Part shown: positions 48,373 to 56,889 of the stretch, in pieces
Layout: each line of letters starts with the position of its first letter
Position numbering within the stretch: position 1 is the first letter of the stretch
Source: Eubacterium sp.
GTDB lineage: Bacteria; Bacillota; Clostridia; Oscillospirales; Acutalibacteraceae
Direction: 5' to 3'
Assembly: GCA_051894075.1 (NCBI GenBank)
Contig: JBJFHZ010000103.1
Coordinates: forward strand, 9,549 to 73,548
DNA: 64,000 bases
The notes under the pieces: generated by a model
The model's database searches: none
What the model was told of the DNA's origin: nothing
What the model saw: only the letters and a program-made list of their open reading frames with translations
Translations under genes and position numbers: made by a program

Positions 48373-49875
48373 TTATCTTTCCCAGTTGCGTGAGCGTTCA
48401 ACTGCACGCTTCCAGTCAGAATATTTTTTGTTCCTTAATGTTGTTTCCATTGACGGAATAAATATTTTGTCAACGGCTCTGTTTTCTTCAATTTCTTCAA
48501 AATTCTCCCAAACTCCCGTGGCAAGTCCTGCACAGTAAGCGGCACCGAGAGCAGTGGTTTCAACATTTTTAGGTCTGTTTACGTTTACGCCTGTCATATC
48601 AGCCTGCATCTGCATCATAATATCGGAAACAGAGGCTCCGCCGTCAACACGCAAATCCTTAAGCACGATTCCCGAATCCTGCATCATTGCTTCAAGCAAA
48701 TCCGTCATCTGATATGTAATGCTTTCAAGAACTGCACGGCAAACATGCTTTTTGTTTACACCTCTTGTAAGACCTATCATAACTCCTCGTGCATACATAT
48801 CCCAGTATGGTGCTCCCAAGCCTGTAAAGGCAGGAACGAAATAAAGACCGTTGGAGTCCTCAACCATTTCTGCAAATTTGTCACATTCGGGAGCAGACTG
48901 GATAAGCTCAAGCTCATCTCGAAGCCACTTGATAACCGAGCCTGCATTAAACGCAGAGCCTTCAAGAGAATATGTAATCTTATCGCCGATACCCCAGGCA
49001 ATGCCCGAAAGAAGATTTGATTTTGAATTAACTCTCTTGTCACCTGTATTCATCAAAAGGAAGCAACCGGTGCCGTAGGTATTCTTTGCCTGACCGGACT
49101 TGAAGCAGCCCTGACCGAACAATGCGCCCGGCTGGTCGCCGATAGCACCTGCAATAGGCACTCCCTTAATATCCTCAATACCCGTGATTTTAGCAACCTC
49201 TCCGTAAACACAGCTTGACGGCTTAACCTCGGGAAGCATACTCATAGGTATGCCGAGAACCTCGCAAAGATATGGGTCCCAGCAAAGCTTATCAATATCA
49301 AAGAGCATTGTTCTGCAGGCGTTTGAATAGTCGGTAACATGAACCTTTCCGTCTGTCAAATTCCAAATAAGCCATGTGTCAACGGTACCGAAAAGCAGGT
49401 CGCCGTTTTCAGCCTTTTCCCTTGCTCCCTCAACATTATCAAGAATCCACTTAATCTTTGTTCCGCTGAAATATGCGTCAATAAGCAGTCCCGTTGTCTC
49501 CTTAACGTAATCGGAAAGCCCCTGAGCCTTCAGCTCCTCGCAGGTAGGAGCGGTTCTTCTGCACTGCCACACGATAGCGTTATAAACCGGCTTGCCTGTG
49601 TGTCTGTCCCACACGATTGTTGTTTCTCTCTGATTAGTAATGCCGATGCCTGCAATATCCTTCGGATTAACCTTTTCCTGACGCAGACAGGTCAAAATAG
49701 CGCTGATTTGAGAAAACAGAATTTCCATCGGGTCGTGCTCAACCCAGCCGTTTTCGGGATAATACTGTGTAAACTCATTTTGCGCCTTGGCAACAATCTC
49801 ACCCTTTTTATTGAAAATAATGGCACGGGAGGAGGTGGTTCCCTGATCCAGAGCCATAACATATTTTTCAGCCAT
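48373..49875 (-). CDS. glpK: Glycerol kinase
   Basis: [55 protein letters not shown]. Confidence 0.97.
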   Translation of the reverse strand: MAEKYVMALDQGTTSSRAIIFNKKGEIVAKAQNEFTQYYPENGWVEHDPMEILFSQISAILTCLRQEKVNPKDIAGIGITNQRETTIVWDRHTGKPVYNAIVWQCRRTAPTCEELKAQGLSDYVKETTGLLIDAYFSGTKIKWILDNVEGAREKAENGDLLFGTVDTWLIWNLTDGKVHVTDYSNACRTMLFDIDKLCWDPYLCEVLGIPMSMLPEVKPSSCVYGEVAKITGIEDIKGVPIAGAIGDQPGALFGQGCFKSGQAKNTYGTGCFLLMNTGDKRVNSKSNLLSGIAWGIGDKITYSLEGSAFNAGSVIKWLRDELELIQSAPECDKFAEMVEDSNGLYFVPAFTGLGAPYWDMYARGVMIGLTRGVNKKHVCRAVLESITYQMTDLLEAMMQDSGIVLKDLRVDGGASVSDIMMQMQADMTGVNVNRPKNVETTALGAAYCAGLATGVWENFEEIEENRAVDKIFIPSMETTLRNKKYSDWKRAVERSRNWER

Positions 49876-49924
49876 ATGAATATACCCCTCTCATTTTGCT
49901 TTTGCGCCTGCTTAAGACAATGAA

Positions 49925-49977
49925 AAAAGCAGGCATTCACCTGCTTTTATTTTACTTCTTTTATTAAATAATGTCAA
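49925..49977 (-). promoter_or_regulatory. glpK promoter overlapping a terminator-like hairpin
   Basis: TTGACA-17bp-TAAAAT (49977-49949) immediately followed by AAAAGCAGG-TGAATG-CCTGCTTTTTT. Confidence 0.65.
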
Positions 49978-50070
49978 TGACATAGAAAATTTAAAATCAA
50001 ATTTTGTACTGTTTTCACAATTTGTTTAAACAATATACAAAAGTCCGATTAAAATAGATTTAAGAAGCAA

Positions 50071-50298
50071 TTAAATATTATTTTCTACATAATTAAGGAT
50101 ATCGCCCACTGTTTCAATTTTTTCAATAATTTCGTCGGGTACCTCAATTTTAAATTCATCCTCAACAGACATAACTATATCAATGGCGTCAAGGCTGTCT
50201 GCTCCCAAATCCTCAACAAGTAGACTGTCGGGAGTGATAGAGCCTTCATCAATATCAAGCTGCTCGGAAAGAATTGATTTGAGTTTTTCAAATACCAT
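50071..50298 (-). CDS. acpP: Acyl carrier protein
   Basis: DLGADSLD phosphopantetheine motif; acidic 75 aa. Confidence 0.95.
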   Translation of the reverse strand: MVFEKLKSILSEQLDIDEGSITPDSLLVEDLGADSLDAIDIVMSVEDEFKIEVPDEIIEKIETVGDILNYVENNI

Positions 50299-50407
50299 AA
50301 CAAGTTCACCTCAAAAAAATGTTGTTAATATTGAATCGTTGTGTTATTATCATATTATATAATTATCTTTGAATTGTCAATAAATATTTCTGCTACGAGG
50401 TAAAAAA

Positions 50408-51238
50408 ATGAAAAAATTTTGTTTGATAGGCTATCCTTTAGGTCATTCAATGTCCCCTGTTATTCACAGGGAGCTTTTTAAAATCAATAATATCGACGCC
50501 CACTATGAGCTTAAGGAGATTTCTCCGGAAAATCTGACAGAGGCTTTTGAGTCATTAAAGGAATATGACGGCTTTAACGTTACTATTCCTCATAAAACAG
50601 GAATAATACCCTGCCTTGATAAATTATCAGACAGAGCAAAGCTTTTCGGTGCAGTAAATACAGTTGATGTTAAAAACGGTAAGTCCGAAGGACACAACAC
50701 CGATTGCTACGGCTTTCTCAGAGCGCTGGATATGGCAGGCATTACTCTCGGCGGAAAAGCCCTTGTATGCGGAAGCGGCGGAGTTTCAAGAATGTTTGCC
50801 TTTGAAAGTGTGCTTGCAGGAGCCGATTTGACTATTGCTGTTCGTGACGACGATATTGAGGCTGCTATGCTTATTAAGGAAGAAATAAAGGACAGGCTTT
50901 CAAAGGACGTTCAGGTTAAAAGGCTTGACGATATTGACGGTGAATACGATATTCTTATAAATGGAACGCCTGTGGGAATGTTTCCGAAAACAGATGCCTG
51001 TGTTTTGCCAAAGGAAAAGGTGCAAAAATGCAAGGCCGTTTTTGACGCTGTATATAATCCAAGGGAAACAATGCTGATTAAATATGCAAAAGAGGCAGGA
51101 ATAAAATGTTCAAACGGACTGCCTATGCTTGTATGGCAGGCGGCTGTGGCTCAGGAAATCTGGTTCGGTGTAAAATTCGATATGAATGACATTGGAAATG
51201 TTTTGAATATAACAGAAAGAGAAATGGAAAAGATATGA
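50408..51238 (+). CDS. aroE: Shikimate dehydrogenase
   Basis: IG.PL.HS.SP..H, NVTIPHK, GAVNT, NTD..GF, G.GG, IN.TPVGM, GL.MLV.QA. Confidence 0.95.
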   Translation: MKKFCLIGYPLGHSMSPVIHRELFKINNIDAHYELKEISPENLTEAFESLKEYDGFNVTIPHKTGIIPCLDKLSDRAKLFGAVNTVDVKNGKSEGHNTDCYGFLRALDMAGITLGGKALVCGSGGVSRMFAFESVLAGADLTIAVRDDDIEAAMLIKEEIKDRLSKDVQVKRLDDIDGEYDILINGTPVGMFPKTDACVLPKEKVQKCKAVFDAVYNPRETMLIKYAKEAGIKCSNGLPMLVWQAAVAQEIWFGVKFDMNDIGNVLNITEREMEKI

Positions 51239-51723
51239 ACATAATATTATGCGGCTTTATGGGAAGCGGAAAAACAGTTGTCGGTACTGAGCTTGCCAAA
51301 ATCATGGGCAGGAAATTTGTGGATACCGACGAAATGATAGAGGAACAGCAGGGCATTGCAATCAAGGCTATTTTTGCCGCCTACGGTGAGGATTATTTCA
51401 GAGACTTGGAATTTGAGTGCTGTAAAAAAATAGCAGATATGAAAAACTGCGTCGTGTCCACAGGAGGCGGTGCAATGACCTTTGAGCGAAATGTTGAAGC
51501 TGTTAAGGGCACGGGAAAGATAGTTTTTCTTGACGCAGATTTTGATGTGATTTGCAGCAGAATCGGCGACTCAACCACAAGACCATTGTTTCAGAACAAG
51601 GAAAACGCAAGAGCGCTTTATGATGAAAGAAAGTCAAAATATCTTGCTGCTGCAGATATTGTTATTGACGGAAATATGTCTGCAAGAAAGACTGCACTTG
51701 AGATTGCAGAAATGTTCAGATAA
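51235..51723 (+). CDS. aroK: Shikimate kinase
   Basis: GFMGSGKT, D.D..IE, GE..FR..E, STGGG, RPL. Confidence 0.95.
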   Translation: MNIILCGFMGSGKTVVGTELAKIMGRKFVDTDEMIEEQQGIAIKAIFAAYGEDYFRDLEFECCKKIADMKNCVVSTGGGAMTFERNVEAVKGTGKIVFLDADFDVICSRIGDSTTRPLFQNKENARALYDERKSKYLAAADIVIDGNMSARKTALEIAEMFR

Positions 51724-51844
51724 AATTCATTAACATATTTACAGTTGAAAAAGGTATAATATTGTGCTATAATGTGGAAACGCTGTAAGAATACTAAAGA
51801 AATACAGTCTGTTTTTATAACGGCTGTGTCCTCAGAGGTGTTAT

Positions 51845-52684
51845 ATGGATAAATCAAAGAAAAAAGAGCTTGACCACGACGTCAGAATGTTTAAGAAATA
51901 CAGAAATCTTCTTAAAGAGCTGACGGCAAAAAATGTTAAGCTGAAATACAGAAATTCCTGGCTGGGCATTTTATGGAGCTTTATTCAGCCACTTCTCAAT
52001 ATGATAGTTCTGTCCGTTGTATTCGGCGGAATTTTCGGCAGACACAGCGACTATATAGTATGCTATCCTGTGTTCATCTTTACGGGACGTCTGCTGTTCA
52101 GCTTCTTTACATCTGCTACAAAGCAGGCAATGACGGCTTTCAGAAGAAATGCAGGAATTATAAAAAAAGTATATGTTCCCAAATATATGTATCCCCTGTC
52201 GTCTATTTTTTCTAATTTCGTAACCTTTGCAATATCAATACTCTGCCTTATCTGCGTATGGATATTCTTTAAGGTCACAGGATTACAGGGCGGTAGCGGT
52301 CTTGAAATAACTCCATATGCGCTTTTGTGCTTCGTTCCGATGTTCCTTCTTTTAATATTCAGCACAGGTGTAGGCTTGATTTTGTCTGTTGTAGCGGTTT
52401 ATTTCAGAGATGTTGAATATATATGGGACGTAGCCTGCACCCTCTTGTTTTATATGGTTCCTATTATCTATCCGCTTCAAAGAATCACCACCGATTGGAT
52501 AGTTTTTGTAATTAAAATCAATCCTCTGTACTCAATGATAGAGCTGTTCAGACAATGCGTTTTGTACGGATATATAATGAGCGGTAAGCTTCTCTTGTAT
52601 GCCGTTGTTGTATCTGTAGGTACACTTATTGTAGGTATCATTTTCTTCAACTGGAAAAGCGACGATATCATCTTCCATCTGTAA
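51845..52684 (+). CDS. ABC-2 polysaccharide/teichoic acid export permease (Wzm/TagG family)
   Basis: K.KYR.S.LG.LWS...PL, KKVY.P, FRD....W, F...PI.YP, NP....I..FR. Confidence 0.9.
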   Translation: MDKSKKKELDHDVRMFKKYRNLLKELTAKNVKLKYRNSWLGILWSFIQPLLNMIVLSVVFGGIFGRHSDYIVCYPVFIFTGRLLFSFFTSATKQAMTAFRRNAGIIKKVYVPKYMYPLSSIFSNFVTFAISILCLICVWIFFKVTGLQGGSGLEITPYALLCFVPMFLLLIFSTGVGLILSVVAVYFRDVEYIWDVACTLLFYMVPIIYPLQRITTDWIVFVIKINPLYSMIELFRQCVLYGYIMSGKLLLYAVVVSVGTLIVGIIFFNWKSDDIIFHL

Positions 52685-52699
52685 TAAAATTTATGTTTT

Positions 52700-52727
52700 A
52701 AAAGCACAGCTTCGGCTGTGCTTTTTT
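52700..52727 (+). terminator. Intrinsic terminator
   Basis: AAAAGCACAGC-TTCG-GCTGTGCTTTTTT. Confidence 0.9.
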
Positions 52728-52729
52728 GA

Positions 52730-52956
52730 TAATTTAGATTTTATTGAGGTAACTAATGTTGTTGTTACACCGTAGAGACAGGGTTTTCCCCGTCCGCATT
52801 ATTCGGGACGGGCAACCCGTCCCCTACAAACATAAACAATGCCGTTATTACAAATCAACCGTAGGGGCGACCACTGTGTCGCCCGCTTATAACAGGCTTG
52901 CACTGCAAGCCCCTACGATAATTTCACACATAAACGCCCATTCAAATACTAATTTG
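52730..52956. repeat. Composite REP-like mosaic element, copy 5
   Basis: Two GTAG pairs (52772-52827, 52861-52916); right end CAAATACTAATTTG, degenerate left end TAATTTAGATTTTATTG. Confidence 0.8.
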
Positions 52957-52986
52957 TTGACTAAAACATAATATATGTGATATAAT
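52957..52986 (+). promoter_or_regulatory. Sigma-A promoter with extended -10
   Basis: TTGACT-18bp-TATAAT with TG.TATAAT. Confidence 0.75.
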
Positions 52987-52990
52987 AACT

Positions 52991-53162
52991 GTGCCAAACA
53001 AAACTTTATATTTTTAGCAACTGATATGTGTTTTTAACTGAAAAAAACACATACTCTTTCTGTACACATATTGGTTGCAAGTGTGTTAAGTTTTGTTTGG
53101 CGACAATACGGAGCTATGTGTTTTTTATGCGTAGCTTCGGCTGCGCATTTTTTATTTTTTTT
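52991..53162 (+). ncRNA. Structured leader/small RNA with mutually exclusive terminator and anti-terminator
   Basis: 14-bp P1 and 15-bp P2 rod, loop complementary to a downstream segment, C(UUCG)G terminator plus U tract. Confidence 0.65.
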
Positions 53163-53179
53163 AAAATCAGGTGTGAATT

Positions 53180-54274
53180 ATGAAAAATATTTATTGTGAT
53201 TATTATTGTACTCCAAGCAAAAGCAAGAATAAATCTTTTGCAGAAATCTTTAACGAAGATTTTTCAACAAATTTGTACAAAGAGCTTTCCGAAAGCCAAA
53301 GAAAAATAAAATATCTCCATTTTTCCGACAACGAAGCAAAGCTCAGCGTAAGCAGTTTTACGGGAGATATAAAGTGCAAATGCGAGCAAGTTGATACCCC
53401 TGCAAAAGCATATCTTCTTATTAATATCAACGAAAAGCCTGTGTGTGCCTTGTGCAGTATATGTCTTCATCAATTCGGCTTTAATATTTCAGCCTTACTG
53501 CAAGACTGTCAAAGCGAAAAAGATTTATGCTGTCCTGCAACAGTTGAAAAAATAGGCAGAAAGACTCCCTGCTTTTCCTGTGGAAAAATTCGTCATTTTA
53601 CTTACCGAATATATTTGAACAGGATACAGTTCGAGCTTTGCGAAAGGTGTTTTATAGATTTTGTTTATAAAATTGTTACAAGCGATTCCTTCAGCTCCCT
53701 TTTTCCCGATTTGAAAAATGATATTCTTCTTTACTGCGATACGGCAAACAGTGCGTTTAAAAGCATCGACGAAAAGGAAGAAATAAAAAAAGAGCTTGTC
53801 CCCATAAACAGCAGTTCAGTTATAAATTTAGGCATTAAACAGGAAACCGCGAAGAAATATCCGCTTGTTTCATTTAATACTTTAATTACAAATGATTTCA
53901 GCTGTATTATGGAGCATAATGCAATCAAAAATAAAAATGCAGTTATTAAAGCCGACAGAAAAAACGATAAGCTTTGCACCGTTCTTTGCAGAGCTTGTGT
54001 TGAGGAGCTGTGCTTCGCCCTACGTACAGTAAATGAGAAAAATATAAACTACAGTAATAATGACGGACTGAGTGTTACATATTTTAAAAAATTTAATAAA
54101 GGAGATTTTTGCTATTTCTGTGGCTTTGACGATGATGCCTGCTATGACATAACGCTGAATAAAATAAGATTTCACATTTGCTCCCATTGCCGTGAAAGAA
54201 GTATAATTCACCTGAAAAAGTTAATTTCGGACTTTGATAAAAAGGAGTCGGATTACAAATATAAATATAAATAA
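53180..54274 (+). CDS. Cys-rich protein with a tandem-duplicated pair of putative zinc fingers
   Basis: 25 Cys in 364 aa; CALCSIC, CFSCG...LCERC, VLCRAC, CYFCG...ICSHC; RBS AGGTG. Confidence 0.75.
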   Translation: MKNIYCDYYCTPSKSKNKSFAEIFNEDFSTNLYKELSESQRKIKYLHFSDNEAKLSVSSFTGDIKCKCEQVDTPAKAYLLININEKPVCALCSICLHQFGFNISALLQDCQSEKDLCCPATVEKIGRKTPCFSCGKIRHFTYRIYLNRIQFELCERCFIDFVYKIVTSDSFSSLFPDLKNDILLYCDTANSAFKSIDEKEEIKKELVPINSSSVINLGIKQETAKKYPLVSFNTLITNDFSCIMEHNAIKNKNAVIKADRKNDKLCTVLCRACVEELCFALRTVNEKNINYSNNDGLSVTYFKKFNKGDFCYFCGFDDDACYDITLNKIRFHICSHCRERSIIHLKKLISDFDKKESDYKYKYK

Positions 54275-54278
54275 AAAC

Positions 54279-54314
54279 AAAGCTCTGCAGATGACTAATC
54301 TTCTGCAGAGCTTT
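54279..54314. terminator. Bidirectional terminator
   Basis: AAAGCTCTGCAGA/TCTGCAGAGCTTT between convergent genes. Confidence 0.8.
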
Positions 54315-54326
54315 ATTATGTGTAAT

Positions 54327-55745
54327 TTATTTCAGCAGAGAGCGGTACATTTTGATGTACTCATTTGCGCTCTTGCCCCAGCTCATATCACAGTCAAGGG
54401 CACGCTTAACAAGTGTCGGCCAGCCCTCGCTGTTATATGCGTCAACGCCTCTGTAGATAGCGCCCAGCATATCGTAAGCGTCATATGATTTAAAGGTGAA
54501 GCCGTTGCCCTCGCCGTCGCCGCAGTCTGTAATAGAATCTTTCAGACCGCCTGTTTCACGTACGATAGGAAGTGTGCCGTATCTGAGCGCCACCATTTGA
54601 GAAAGACCGCAGGGCTCTGATTTACTTGGCATCAGGAACAAATCTGCGCCTGCATAAATCTTTCTTGCCAAATCGGGAACAAAGCCTAAGGTTAATCCGA
54701 CCTTATTCGGATACTTATCGTGGAGATAGCGGAAGAAGTTTTCATACTCCCATTCACCGCTTCCGAGAACGACATACTGAACATTGCGCTCATAAAGACT
54801 TTTTTCAAGAACAGCTTTCATAAGGTCAACACCCTTATGACCTACAAGACGTGTAACAATACCGATTATAGGTGTATTCGGTGCAACATCAAGTCCCATC
54901 ATTTTTTGGAGCTCTGCCTTATTTACTGCTTTATTTGAAAAGTCCTCGCTGTTGTAATTTGCCCAGATATCCTTGTCGGTTTCGGGATTATAGTTATCTG
55001 TATCAATACCGTTAAGTATACCGCAAAGCTTCCAGCTTCTCTGATTTAAAATAGGGTCAAGACCGTGGCTGAACCAAGGGTCAAGTATCTCTTTAGCATA
55101 GGTAGGAGAAACTGTTGTTACCTTATTTGCACATTCAATACCTGCCTTCATAAAGTTTACAAGTCCGTCGTACAAAATAAGGTTATTATTCTCGGGAGCA
55201 ATACCGAGAACGTCGTTTAAAAGCTCCGTTCCGTACTTTCCCTGATACTGAATATTATGGATTGTGAAAACGGTTTTAATATTTTCATAGCCCATTCTGT
55301 TTGCATAGTAACAGCTGTAATAAAGAGGCGTTAAAGCACTCTGCCAGTCGTTGCAATGAATAATATCAGGCTTCCAGTCGATTGCAGGGATAATTTCAAG
55401 GACGGCTCTTGCAAAGAAAGCAAATCTCTCCGCATCATCATAATGGCCATAAATACCGTCACGCTTAAAGTAATACTGGTTATCAAGGAAATAGTAAATT
55501 ACTCCGTTTGCCTTTGCCTCAAAAATACCGCAATACTGACGTCTCCAGGAAACAGGAACGGAAATTGAGGTGATAAACTTCATCTTATCCTTATATTCCT
55601 GCTTAATTCCGTCATAAAGAGGCATAACAACTCTGCAACCGATAAGCCTTTTTCTCAAAGCAACAGGCAATGAGCCTGCCACATCACCGAGACCTCCCGA
55701 CGCCATAAAGGGAAGTGCTTCGGAAGCTACATATAAAACCTTCAT
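54327..55745 (-). CDS. glgA: Glycogen synthase
   Basis: SE..PF..SGGLGDV..SLP, HCNDWQ, TIHN..YQG, ILNGID, PS..EPCGL.Q, TGGL.D. Confidence 0.97.
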   Translation of the reverse strand: MKVLYVASEALPFMASGGLGDVAGSLPVALRKRLIGCRVVMPLYDGIKQEYKDKMKFITSISVPVSWRRQYCGIFEAKANGVIYYFLDNQYYFKRDGIYGHYDDAERFAFFARAVLEIIPAIDWKPDIIHCNDWQSALTPLYYSCYYANRMGYENIKTVFTIHNIQYQGKYGTELLNDVLGIAPENNNLILYDGLVNFMKAGIECANKVTTVSPTYAKEILDPWFSHGLDPILNQRSWKLCGILNGIDTDNYNPETDKDIWANYNSEDFSNKAVNKAELQKMMGLDVAPNTPIIGIVTRLVGHKGVDLMKAVLEKSLYERNVQYVVLGSGEWEYENFFRYLHDKYPNKVGLTLGFVPDLARKIYAGADLFLMPSKSEPCGLSQMVALRYGTLPIVRETGGLKDSITDCGDGEGNGFTFKSYDAYDMLGAIYRGVDAYNSEGWPTLVKRALDCDMSWGKSANEYIKMYRSLLK

Positions 55746-55767
55746 TTGATTTCCTCCTTGTGTTACG

Positions 55768-56886
55768 TTACACTCTGGTATTTTTTGTCAGGCAAATCGG
55801 GAAGGTATCTGCGCCTGAAAGCTCGGCATGATTTTTAACGCTTACATTCTTATCTGAAATAACGCAATTTATCTTTGCACCGTCGCCGATAACGGTATCC
55901 TGCATAAGAATTGAATTTTTAACAACTGCGTCCTTGCCGATTTTAACACCCTTGAATACTATACAATTTTCAACCGTACCCTCAATAATACAGCCGTCTG
56001 CAACAAGAGAATTTTTGAGATTTGAGTCAGGACCGTAAAGGGTTGGCATATCGTCTCTTTCCTTAGTGGAAATCGGAGATGAAAACAGCTTTTTCCTGTT
56101 TTCCTTTTCAAGCAGCGACATTGAAATATCATAGTAACTCTGAACCGAATCAATAGTTCCCACAAAGCTGTCTGTAGCGTCAAAGGCGTGAATTTTAAGG
56201 CTGTTTACATTTGCCATAATGATATTTCTCTGGAAGGAGATTTCATTCTTTGAATGGGCAGAGGTAACAAGAGTTTCAAGCAGATATTTTTTCATTATCA
56301 TAATATTGCAGGAATAAAATACCTCTGCGTCAGTATCCTTATCAAGACTCATTTCTCTTATTCTGCCGTCACCGTCAACCTTATCAAAGGTTAGTACAGA
56401 GCCGATATTTTGAGGCATTTTACCCTTTACACCTAAAATTGTAATATCTGCTCCGCTTTCCTCGTGGGCATTAAAAAGCTTTGAATAATCAACGCTAAGC
56501 ACATTATTGCAGTCAGACATTAGAACGTAGGTCTGATTAGACTGATGCAGGAAATTCATATTTCCGTAAATTGCGTCAATTCTGTTGCCCCACATTGATG
56601 CACTGCCTACCGAGAAAGGAGGCAGAAGATAAAGACCGTCTGTCTTTCTGCTTAAATCCCAAGGCTTACCTGTTCCCACATGGTCCATAAGGGACTGGAA
56701 GTTTGCATTTGTTACAACGCCTATCTTTGCAACTCCGCTTTCAACCATATTTGAGAGAGGGAAATCTATAAGCCTGAAGCGTGAACAAAACGGCACCGAG
56801 CCCATTGTTCTCATAGCTGTAAGAGAATCTAAAGCCTCTTCGTGAATATTGGCAAATACAATACCTAAAACTGTTTTTCCGTTCAT
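55768..56886 (-). CDS. glgD: Glucose-1-phosphate adenylyltransferase subunit GlgD
   Basis: LT..R...SVPF..RFRLIDF.LSN, SL.DH.G.GK.WDL.RK; lacks the LAGG motif; hexapeptide C-terminus. Confidence 0.92.
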   Translation of the reverse strand: MNGKTVLGIVFANIHEEALDSLTAMRTMGSVPFCSRFRLIDFPLSNMVESGVAKIGVVTNANFQSLMDHVGTGKPWDLSRKTDGLYLLPPFSVGSASMWGNRIDAIYGNMNFLHQSNQTYVLMSDCNNVLSVDYSKLFNAHEESGADITILGVKGKMPQNIGSVLTFDKVDGDGRIREMSLDKDTDAEVFYSCNIMIMKKYLLETLVTSAHSKNEISFQRNIIMANVNSLKIHAFDATDSFVGTIDSVQSYYDISMSLLEKENRKKLFSSPISTKERDDMPTLYGPDSNLKNSLVADGCIIEGTVENCIVFKGVKIGKDAVVKNSILMQDTVIGDGAKINCVISDKNVSVKNHAELSGADTFPICLTKNTRV

Positions 56887-56889
56887 AGC

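Noticed and set aside
52991-53162. Leader as retron msr-msd, tracrRNA or omega-RNA
   Set aside because: The adjacent protein shows no RT (YADD), RuvC or HNH motifs by eye, and there is no CRISPR repeat or IS end
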